Below, piece after piece: positions 51,001 to 62,650 of a DNA stretch of 64,000 bases. The notes under the pieces are model-generated. The model was not told the origin of the DNA, did no database searches, and worked only from the letters and a program-made list of their open reading frames with translations. The position numbers and the translations under genes are program-made. Source of the DNA: Eledone cirrhosa (taxonomy: Eukaryota); assembly GCA_964016885.1 (NCBI GenBank), contig OZ024745.1:59458001-59522000 (forward strand), read 5' to 3'. How positions within the stretch are numbered: the first letter of the stretch is position 1; the number at the start of each line of letters is the position of its first letter.

Positions 51001-53650
51001 GGAGTGAAAACCTCGACTTGGAGTGAGAACCTCGACTTGGAGTGAAAACCTCGACTTGGAGTGAAAACCTCGACTTGGAGTGAGAACCCCGACTTGGAGT
51101 GAAAACCTCGACTTGGAGTGAGAACCCCGACTTGGAGTGAAAACCTCGACTTGGAGTGAGAACCTCGACTTGGAGTGAAAACCTCGACTTGGAGTGAGAA
51201 CCTCGACTTGGAGTGAAAACCTCGACTTGGAGTGAGAACCTCGACTTGGAGTGAAAACCTCGACTTGGAGTGAGAACCTCGCCTTGGAGTGAAAACATCG
51301 ACTTGGAGTGAAAACCTCGCCTTGGAGTGAAAACCTCGACTTGGAGTGAAAATCTCGACTTGGAGTGAAAACATCGACTTGGAGTGAAAACCTCGACTTG
51401 GAGTGAAAACCTCGACTTGGAGTGAAAACCTCGACTTGGAGTGAAAACCTCGACTTGGAGTGAAAACCTCGACGTGGAGTGAAAACCTCGACTTGGAGTG
51501 AAAACCTCGACTTGGAGTCAAAACCTCGACTTGGAGTCAAAACCTCGACTTGGAGTGAAAACCTCGACTTGGAGTGAAAACCTCGACTTGGAGTGAAAAC
51601 CTCGACTTGGAGTGAGAACCTCGACTTGGAGTGAAAACCTCGATTTGAAATGAAAACCTCGACTTGGAGTGAAAACCTCGACTTGGAGTGAAAACCTCGA
51701 CATGGAGTGAAAACCTCGACTTGGAGTGAAAACCTCGACATGGAGTGAAAACCTCGACTTGCAGTGAAAACCTCGACTTGGAGTGAAAACCTCGACTTGC
51801 AGTGAAAACCTCGACTTGCAGTGAAAACCTCGACTTGGAGTGAAAACCTCGACTTGGAGTGAGAACCTCGACTTGGAGTGAAAACCTCGACTTGGAGTGA
51901 GAACCTCGACTTGGAGTGAGAACCTCGACTTGGAGTGAAAACCTCGACTTGGAGTGAAAACCTCGACTTGGAGTGAAAACCTCGACTTGGAGTGAAAACC
52001 TCGACTTGGAGTGAAAACCTCGGCTTGGAGTGAAAACCTCGACTTGGAGTGAAAACCTCGGCTTGGAGTGAAAACCTCGATTTGGAGTGAAAACCTAGAC
52101 TTGGAGTGAAAACCTCGATTTGGAGTGAAAACCTAGACTTGGAGTGAAAACCTCGATTTGGAGTGAAAACCTAGACTTGGAGTGAAAACCTCGATTTGGA
52201 GTGAGAACCTCGAGTTGGAGTGAAAACCTCGACTTGGAGTGAAAACCTCGACTTGGAGTGAGAACCTCGATTGGAGTGAAAACCTCGACTTGGAGTGAGA
52301 ACCTCGACTTGGAGTGAAAACCTCGACTTGGAGTGAGAACCTCGACTTGGAGTGAGAACCGCGACTTGGAGTGAAAACCTCGACTTGGAGTGAGAACCTC
52401 GACTTGGAGTGAGAACCTCGACTTGGAGTGAGAACCTCGACTTGGAGTGAAAACCTCGACTTGGAGTGAAAACCTCGACTTGGAGTGAAAACCTCGACTT
52501 GGAGTGAAAACCTCGACTTGGAGTGAAAACCTCGACTTGGAGTGAAAACCTCGACTTGGAGTGACAACCTCGACTTGGAGTGACAACCTCGACTTGGAGT
52601 GACAACCTCGACTTGGAGTGAGAACCTCGACTTGGAGTGAGAACCTCGACTTGGAGTGAGAACCTCGACTTGGAGTGAAAACCTCGACTTGGAGTGAGAA
52701 CCTCGACTTGGGGTGAAAACCTCGACTTGGAGTGAGAACCTCGACTTGGAGTGAAAACCTCGACTTGGAGTGAGAACCTCGACTTGGGGTGAAAACCTCG
52801 ACTTGGAGTGAGAACCTCGACTTGGAGTGAGAACCTCGACTTGGGGTGAAAACCTCGACTTGGAGTGAAAACCTCGACTTGGAGTGAGAACCTCGACTTG
52901 GAGTGAAAACCTCGACTTGGAGTGAGAACCTCGACTTGGAGTGAGAACCTCGACTTGGAGTGAGAACCTCGACTTGGAGTGAAAACCTCGACTTGGAGTG
53001 AAAACCTCGACTTGGAGTGAAAACCTCGACTTGGAGTGAAAACCTCGACTTGGAGTGAAAACCTCGACTAGGAGTGAAAACCTCGACTTGGAGTGAAAAC
53101 CTCGACTAGGAGTGAAAACCTCGACTTGGAGTGAGAACCTCGACTTGGAGTGAGAACCTCGATTTGGAGTGAAAACCTCGACTTGGAGTGAGAACCTCGA
53201 CTTGGAGTGAAAACCTCGACATGGAGTGAAAACCTCGACTTGGAGTGAAAACCTCGACATGGAGTGAAAACCTCGACATGGAGTGAAAACCTCGACTTGG
53301 AGTGAGAACCTCGACTTGGAGTGAAAACCTCGACTTGGAGTGAAAACCTCGACTTGGAGTGAGAACCTCGACTTGGAGTGAAAACCTCGACTTGGAGTGA
53401 AAACCTCGACTTGGAGTGAAAACCTCGACTTGGAGTGAAAACCTCGACTTGGAGTGAAAACCTCGACTTGGAGTGAAAACCTCGACTTGGAGTGAGAACC
53501 TCGACTTGGAGTGAAAACCTCGACTTGGAGTGAGAACCTCGACTTGGAGTGAAAACCTCGACTTGGAGTGAGAACCCCGACTTGGAGTGAAAACCTCGAC
53601 TTGGAGTGAGAACCCCGACTTGGAGTGAAAACCTCGACTTGGAGTGAGAA
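45000..53650. repeat. HOR family A, third block: four marker cassettes spaced 118, 56 and 133 monomers apart
   Basis: CTCGAG at 46376, 48618, 49682 and 52209, with the same cassette order as the other family A blocks. Confidence 0.88.
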
Positions 53651-56000
53651 CCCCGACTTGGAGGGAAAACCTCGACTTGGAGTGAAAACCTCGACTTGGA
53701 ATGAAAACCTCGACTTGGAGTGAGAACCTCGACTAGGAGTGAAAACCTCGACTTGGAGTGAAAACCTCGACTTGGAGTGAGAACCTCGACTTGGAGTGAG
53801 AACCTCGACTTGGAGTGAAAACCTCGACTTGGAGTGAAAACCTCGACTTGGAGTGAAACCTCGACTTGGAGTGAAAACCTCGACTTGGAGTGAAACCCCG
53901 ACTTGGAGTGAAAACCTCGACTTGGAGTGAGAACCTCGACTTGGAGTGAAAACCTCGACTTGGAGTGAGAACCTCGACTTGGAGTGAGAACCTCGACTTG
54001 GAGTGAAAACCGCGACTTGGAGTGAGAACCTCGACTTGGAGTGAAAACCTCGACTTGGAGTGAAAACCTCGACTTGGAGTGAAAACCTCGACTTGGAGTG
54101 AAAACCTCGACTTGGAGTGAGAACCTCGACTTGGAGTGAGAACCTCGACTTGGAGTGAAAACCGCGACTTGGAGTGAAAACCGCGACTTGGAGTGAAAAC
54201 CTCGACTTGGAGTGAAAACCTCGACTTGGAGTGAGAACCTCGACTTGGAGTGAAAACCTCGACTTGGAGTGAGAACCTCGCCTTGGAGTGAAAACCTCGA
54301 CTTGGAGTGAAAACCTCGACTTGGAGTGAGAACCTCGACTTGGAGTGAAAACCTCGACTTGGAGTGAAAACCTCGACTTGGAGTGAAAACCTCGACTTGG
54401 AGTGAGAACCTCGACTTGGAGTGAAAACCTCGACTTGGAGTGAAAACCTCGACTTGGAGTGAAAACCTCGACTTGGAGTGAGAACCTCGACTTGGAGTGA
54501 GAACCTCGACTTGGAGTGAGAACCTCGACTTGGAGTGAAAACCTCGCTTTGGAGTGAAAACCTCGACTTGGAGTGAAAACCTCGACTTGGAGTGAAAACC
54601 TCGACTTGGAGTGAGAACCTCGACTTGGAGTGAGAACCTCGACTTGGAGTGAAAACCTCGACTTGGAGTGAGAACCTCGACTTGGAGTGAAAACCTCGAC
54701 ATGGAGTGAGAACCTCGACTTGGAGTGAAAACCTCGACATGGAGTGAAAACCGCGACTTGGAGTGAGAACCTCGACTTGGAGTGAAAACCTCGACTTGGA
54801 GTGAGAACCTCGACTTGGAGTGGAAACCTCGACTTGGAGTGAAAACCTCGACTTGGAGTGAGAACCTCGCCTTGGAGTGAAAACCTCGACTTTGAGTGAG
54901 AACCTCGATTGGAGTGAAAACCTCGACTTGGAGTGAAAACCTCGACTTGGAGTGAGAACCTCGACTTGGAGTGAAAACCTCGACTTGGAGTGAGAACCTC
55001 GACTTGGAGTGAAAACCTCGACTTGGAGTGAGAACCTCGACTTGGAGTGAGAACCTCGACTTGGAGTGAAAACCTCGACTTGGAGTGAGAACCTCGACTT
55101 GGAGTGAAAACCTCGACTTGGAGTGAAAACCTCGACTTGGAGTGAGAACCTCGCCTTGGAGTGAAAACCTCGACTTTGAGTGAGAACCTCGATTGGAGTG
55201 AAAACCTCGACTTGGAGTGAAAACCTCGACTTGGAGTGAGAACCTCGACTTGGAGTGAAAACCTCGACTTGGAGTGAGAACCTCGACTTGGAGTGAGAAC
55301 CTCGACTTGGAATGAAAACCTCGACTTGGAGTGAGAACCTCGACTTGGAGTGAAAACCTCGACTTGGAGTGAAAACCTCGACTTGGAGTGAGAACCTCGA
55401 CTTGGAGTGAGAACCTCGACTTGGAGTGAAAACCTCGACTTGGAGTGAGAACCTCGACTTGGAGTGAAAACCTCGACTTGGAGTGAGAACCTCGACTTGG
55501 AGTGAAAACCTCGACTTGGAGTGAGAACCTCGACTTGGAGTGAAAACCTCGACTTGGAGTGAGAACCTCGACTTGGAGTGAAAACCTCGACTTGGAGTGA
55601 GAACCTCGACTTGGAGTGAAAACCTCGACTTGGAGTGAGAACCTCGCCTTGGAGTGAAAACCTCGACTTGGAGTGAAAACCTCGACTTGGAGTGAAAACC
55701 TCGACTTGGAGTGAAAACCTCGACTTGGAGTGAAAACCTCGACTTGGAGTGAAAACCTCGACTTGGAGTGAAAACCTCGACTTGGAGTGAAAACCTCGAT
55801 TTGGAGTGAAAACCTCGATTTGGAGTGAGAACCTCGATTTGGAGTGAAAACCTCGACTTGGAGTGAAAACCTCGACTTGGAGTGAGAACCTCGACTTGGA
55901 GTGAAAACCTCGACTTGGAGTGAGAACCTCGACTTGGAGTGAAAACCTCGACTTGGAGTGAGAACCTCGACTTGGAGTGAAAACCTCGACTTGGAGTGAG
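53650..56000. repeat. HOR family B segment, third (partial) copy
   Basis: GAAACC pair at 53855/53892 and GATTGG at 54907/55191; it mirrors 38.5-40.8 kb at an offset of about 15.17-15.19 kb. Confidence 0.78.
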
Positions 56001-59000
56001 AACCTCGACTTGGAGTGAAAACCTCGACTTGGAGTGAGAACCTCGACTTGGAGTGAAAACCTCGACTTGGAGTGAGAACCTCGACTTGGAGTGAAAACCT
56101 CGACTTGGAGTGAGAACCTCGACTTGGAGTGAGAACCTCGACTTGGAGTGAGAACCTAGACTTGGAGTGAGAACCTCGACTTGGAGTGAAAACCTCGACT
56201 TGGAGTGAGAACCTCGACTTGGAGTGAAAACCTCGACTTGGAGTGAAAACCTCGATTTGGAGTGAAAACCTCGACTTGGAGTGAAAACCTCGACTTGGAG
56301 TGAGAACCTCGATTTGGAGTGAGAACCTCGATTTGGAGTGAGAACCTCGACTTGGAGTGAAAACCTCGACTTGGAGTGAAAACCTCGACTTGGAGTGAGA
56401 ACCTCGACTTGGAGTGAGAACCTCGACTTGGAGTGAGAACCTCGACTTGGAGTGAGAACCTCGACTTGGAGTGAAAACCGCGACTTGGAGTGAAAACCGC
56501 GACTTGGAGTGAAAATCGCGACTTGGAGTGAAAACCTCGACTTGGAGTGAAAACCTCGACTTGGAGTGAGAACCTCGACTTGGAGTGAAAACCTCGACTT
56601 GGAGTGAGAACCTCGACTTGGAGTGAAAACCTCGACTTTGAGTGAGAACCTCGCCTTGGAGTGAAAACCTCGACTTGGAGTGAAAACCTCGACTTGGAGT
56701 GAGAACCTCGACTTGGAGTGAGAACCTCGACTTGGAGTGAAAACCTCGACTTGGAGTGAAAACCTCGACTTGGAGTGAGAACCTCGACTTGGAGTGATAA
56801 CCTCGACTTGGAGTGAAAACCTCGACTTGGAGTGAAAACCTCGACTTGGAGTGAGAACCTCGACTTGGAGTGAAAACCTCGACTTGGAGTGAGAACCTCG
56901 ACTTGGAGTGAAAACCTCGCTTTGGAGTGAAAACCTCGACTTGGAGTGAAAACCTCGACTTGGAGTGAGAACCTCGACTTGGAGTGAGAACCTCGACTTG
57001 GAGTGAGAACCTCGACTTGGAGTGAGAACCTCGACTTGGAGTGAAAACCTCGACATGGAGTGAGAACCTCGACTTGGAGTGAAAACCTCGACATGGAGTG
57101 AAAACCGCGACTTGGAGTGAGAACCTCGACTTGGAGTGAAAACCTCGACTTGGAGGGAAAACCTCGACTTGGAGTGAGAACCTCGACTTGGAGTGAAAAC
57201 CTCGACTTGGAGTGAGAACCTCGCCTTGGAGTGAAAACCTCGACTTTGAGTGAGAACCTCGATTGGAGTGAAAACCTCGACTTGGAGTGAAAACCTCGAC
57301 TTGGAGTGAGAACCTCGACTTGGAGTGAAAACCTCGACTTGGAGTGAGAACCTCGACTTGGAGTGAAAACCTCGACTTGGAGTGAAAACCTCGACTTGGA
57401 GTGAGAACCTCGACTTGGAGTGAAAACCTCGACTTGGAGTGAGAACCTCGACTTGGAGTGAAAACCTCGACTTGGAGTGAAAACCTCGACTTGGAGTGAG
57501 AACCTCGACTTGGAGTGAGAACCTCGACTTGGAGTGAGAACCTCGACTTGGAGTGAAAACCTCGACTTGGAGTGAGAACCTCGACTTGGAGTGAAAACCT
57601 CGACTTGGAGTGAGAACCTCGCCTTGGAGTGAGAACCTCGACTTGGAGTGAAAACCTCGACTTGGAGTGAGAACCTCGACTTGGAGTGAAAACCTCGACT
57701 TGGAGTGAGAACCTCGCCTTGGAGTGAGAACCTCGACTTGGAGTGAAAACCTCGACTTGGAGTGAGAACCTCGACTTGGAGTGAAAACCTAGACTTGGAG
57801 TGAAAACCTCGATTTGGAGTGAAAACCTAGACTTGGAGTGAAAACCTCGATTTGGAGTGAAAACCTCGACTTGGAGTGAGAACCTCGACTTGGAGTGAAA
57901 ACCTAGACTTGGAGTGAAAACCTCGATTTGGAGTGAAAACCTAGACTTGGAGTGAAAACCTCGACTTGGAGTGAGAACCTCGACTTGGAGTGAGAACCTC
58001 GACTTGGAGTGAAAACCTCGACTTGGAGTGAGAACCTCGACTTGGAGTGAAAACCTCGACTTGGAGTGAAAACCTCGACTTGGAGTGAAAACCTCGACTT
58101 GGAGTGAGAACCTCGACTTGGAGTGAGAACCTCGACTTGGAGTGAAAACCTCGACTTGGAGTGAAAACCTCGACTTGGAGTGAAAACCTCGACTTGGAGT
58201 GAGAACCTCGACTTGGAGTGAGAACCTCGATTTGGAGTGAGAACCTCGACTTGGAGTGAAAACCTCGATTTGGAGTGAGAACCTCGATTTGGAGTGAGAA
58301 CCTCGATTTGGAGTGAAAACCTCGATTTGGAGTGAGAACCTCGACTTGGAGTGAAAACCTCGACTTGGAGTGAGAACCTCGACTTGGAGTGAGAACCTCG
58401 ACTTGGAGTGAGAACCTCGACTTGGAGTGAGAACCTCGACTTGGAGTGAAAACCGCGACTTGGAGTGAAAACCGCGACTTGGAGTGAAAATCGCGACTTG
58501 GAGTGAAAACCTCGACTTGGAGTGAAAACCTCGACTTGGAGTGAGAACCTCGACTTGGAGTGAAAACCTCGACTTGGAGTGAGAACCTCGACTTGGAGTG
58601 AAAACCTCGACTTTGAGTGAGAACCTCGCCTTGGAGTGAAAACCTCGACTTGGAGTGAAAACCTCGACTTGGAGTGAGAACCTCGACTTGGAGTGAGAAC
58701 CTCGACTTGGAGTGAAAACCTCGACTTGGAGTGAAAACCTCGACTTGGAGTGAGAACCTCGACTTGGAGTGATAACCTCGACTTGGAGTGAAAACCTCGA
58801 CTTGGAGTGAAAACCTCGACTTGGAGTGAGAACCTCGACTTGGAGTGAAAACCTCGACTTGGAGTGAGAACCTCGACTTGGAGTGAAAACCTCGCTTTGG
58901 AGTGAAAACCTCGACTTGGAGTGAAAACCTCGACTTGGAGTGAGAACCTCGACTTGGAGTGAGAACCTCGACTTGGAGTGAGAACCTCGACTTGGAGTGA

Positions 59001-62000
59001 GAACCTCGACTTGGAGTGAAAACCTCGACATGGAGTGAGAACCTCGACTTGGAGTGAAAACCTCGACATGGAGTGAAAACCGCGACTTGGAGTGAGAACC
59101 TCGACTTGGAGTGAAAACCTCGACTTGGAGGGAAAACCTCGACTTGGAGTGAGAACCTCGACTTGGAGTGAAAACCTCGACTTGGAGTGAGAACCTCGCC
59201 TTGGAGTGAAAACCTCGACTTTGAGTGAGAACCTCGATTGGAGTGAAAACCTCGACTTGGAGTGAAAACCTCGACTTGGAGTGAGAACCTCGACTTGGAG
59301 TGAAAACCTCGACTTGGAGTGAGAACCTCGACTTGGAGTGAAAACCTCGACTTGGAGTGAAAACCTCGACTTGGAGTGAGAACCTCGACTTGGAGTGAAA
59401 ACCTCGACTTGGAGTGAGAACCTCGACTTGGAGTGAAAACCTCGACTTGGAGTGAAAACCTCGACTTGGAGTGAGAACCTCGACTTGGAGTGAGAACCTC
59501 GACTTGGAGTGAGAACCTCGACTTGGAGTGAGAACCTCGACTTGGAGTGAGAACCTCGACTTGGAGTGAAAACCTCGACTTGGAGTGAGAACCTCGACTT
59601 GGAGTGAAAACCTCGACTTGGAGTGAGAACCTCGACTTGGAGTGAGAACCTCGACTTGGAGTGAAAACCTCGACTTGGAGTGAGAACCTCGACTTGGAGT
59701 GAAAACCTCGACTTGGAGTGAGAACCTCGACTTGGAGTGAGAACCTCGACTTGGAGTGAAAACCTCGACTTGGAGTGAGAACATCGACTTGGAGTGAAAA
59801 CCTCGACTTGGAGTGAGAACCTCGCCTTGGAGTGAGAACCTCGACTTGGAGTGAAAACCTCGACTTGGAGTGAGAACCTCGACTTGGAGTGAAAACCTAG
59901 ACTTGGAGTGAAAACCTCGATTTGGAGTGAAAACCTAGACTTGGAGTGAAAACCTCGATTTGGAGTGAAAACCTCGACTTGGAGTGAGAACCTCGACTTG
60001 GAGTGAAAACCTAGACTTGGAGTGAAAACCTCGATTTGGAGTGAAAACCTAGACTTGGAGTGAAAACCTCGATTTGGAGTGAAAACCTAGACTTGGAGTG
60101 AAAACCTCGACTTGGAGTGAGAACCTCGACTTGGAGTGAGAACCTCGACTTGGAGTGAAAACCTCGACTTGGAGTGAGAACCTCGACTTGGAGTGAAAAC
60201 CTCGACTTGGAGTGAAAACCTCGACTTGGAGTGAAAACCTCGACTTGGAGTGAGAACCTCGACTTGGAGTGAGAACCTCGACTTGGAGTGAAAACCTCGA
60301 CTTGGAGTGAAAACCTCGACTTGGAGTGAAAACCTCGACTTGGAGTGAGAACCTCGACTTGGAGTGAGAACCTCGATTTGGAGTGAGAACCTCGACTTGG
60401 AGTGAAAACCTCGATTTGGAGTGAGAACCTCGATTTGGAGTGAGAACCTCGATTTGGAGTGAAAACCTCGATTTGGAGTGAGAACCTCGACTTGGAGTGA
60501 AAACCTCGACTTGGAGTGAGAACCTCGACTTGGAGTGAGAACCTCGACTTGGAGTGAGAACCTCGACTTGGAGTGAGAACCTCGACTTGGAGTGAAAACC
60601 GCGACTTGGAGTGAAAACCGCGACTTGGAGTGAAAATCGCGACTTGGAGTGAAAATCGCGACTTGGAGTGAAAACCTCGACTTGGAGTGAGAACCTCGAC
60701 TTGGAGTGAAAACCTCGACTTGGAGTGAGAACCTCGACTTGGAGTGAAAACCTCGACTTTGAGTGAGAACCTCGCCTTGGAGTGAAAACCTCGACTTGGA
60801 GTGAAAACCTCGACTTGGAGTGAGAACCTCGACTTGGAGTGAGAACCTCGACTTGGAGTGAAAACCTCGACTTGGAGTGAAAACCTCGACTTGGAGTGAG
60901 AACCTCGACTTGGAGTGATAACCTCGACTTGGAGTGAAAACCTCGACTTGGAGTGAAAACCTCGACTTGGAGTGAGAACCTCGACTTGGAGTGAAAACCT
61001 CGACTTGGAGTGAAAACCTCGACTTGGAGTGAGAACCTCGACTTGGAGTGAAAACCTCGACTTGGAGTGAGAACCTCGACTTGGAGTGAAAACCTCGACT
61101 TGGAGTGAAAACCTCGACTTGGAGTGAAAACCTCGACTTGGAGTGAGAACCTCGACTTGGAGTGAGAACCTCGACTTGGAGTGAGAACCTCGACTTGGAG
61201 TGAGAACCTCGACTTGGAGTGAAAACCTCGACATGGAGTGAGAACCTCGACTTGGAGTGAAAACCTCGACATGGAGTGAAAACCGCGACTTGGAGTGAGA
61301 ACCTCGACTTGGAGTGAAAACCTCGACTTGGAGGGAAAACCTCGACTTGGAGTGAGAACCTCGACTTGGAGTGAAAACCTCGACTTGGAGTGAGAACCTC
61401 GCCTTGGAGTGAAAACCTCGACTTTGAGTGAGAACCTCGATTGGAGTGAAAACCTCGACTTGGAGTGAAAACCTCGACTTGGAGTGAGAACCTCGACTTG
61501 GAGTGAAAACCTCGACTTGGAGTGAGAACCTCGACTTGGAGTGAAAACCTCGACTTGGAGTGAAAACCTCGACTTGGAGTGAGAACCTCGACTTGGAGTG
61601 AAGACCTCGACTTGGAGTGAGAACCTCGACTTGGAGTGAAAACCTCGACTTGGAGTGAAAACCTCGACTTGGAGTGAGAACCTCGACTTGGAGTGAGAAC
61701 CTCGACTTGGAGTGAGAACCTCGACTTGGAGTGAGAACCTCGACTTGGAGTGAGAACCTCGACTTGGAGTGAAAACCTCGACTTGGAGTGAGAACCTCGA
61801 CTTGGAGTGAAAACCTCGACTTGGAGTGAGAACCTCGACTTGGAGTGAGAACCTCGACTTGGAGTGAAAACCTCGACTTGGAGTGAGAACCTCGACTTGG
61901 AGTGAAAACCTCGACTTGGAGTGAGAACCTCGACTTGGAGTGAGAACCTCGACTTGGAGTGAAAACCTCGACTTGGAGTGAGAACCTCGACTTGGAGTGA

Positions 62001-62650
62001 AAACCTCGACTTGGAGTGAGAACCTCGCCTTGGAGTGAGAACCTCGACTTGGAGTGAAAACCTCGACTTGGAGTGAGAACCTCGACTTGGAGTGAAAACC
62101 TCGACTTGGAGTGAAAACCTCGATTTGGAGTGAAAACCTAGACTTGGAGTGAAAACCTCGATTTGGAGTGAAAACCTCGACTTGGAGTGAGAACCTCGAC
62201 TTGGAGTGAGAACCTCGACTTGGAGTGAAAACCTAGACTTGGAGTGAAAACCTCGATTTGGAGTGAAAACCTAGACTTGGAGTGAAAACCTCGACTTGGA
62301 GTGAGAACCTCGACTTGGAGTGAGAACCTCGACTTGGAGTGAAAACCTCGACTTGGAGTGAGAACCTCGACTTGGAGTGAAAACCTCGACTTGGAGTGAA
62401 AACCTCGACTTGGAGTGAGAACCTCGACTTGGAGTGAGAACCTCGACTTGGAGTGAAAACCTCGACTTGGAGTGAAAACCTCGACTTGGAGTGAAAACCT
62501 CGACTTGGAGTGAGAACCTCGACTTGGAGTGAGAACCTCGATTTGGAGTGAGAACCTCGACTTGGAGTGAAAACCTCGATTTGGAGTGAGAACCTCGATT
62601 TGGAGTGAGAACCTCGATTTGGAGTGAAAACCTCGATTTGGAGTGAGAAC
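56000..62650. repeat. HOR family C: about three copies of a 104-113-monomer unit (1975 and 2146 bp)
   Basis: Private markers GATAACC (56796, 58771, 60917) and AAAATCGCGA (56516, 58491, 60637) give identical spacings of 1975 bp (104x19-1) and 2146 bp (113x19-1). Each unit holds one 18-bp monomer (57261, 59236, 61439). Confidence 0.85.
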
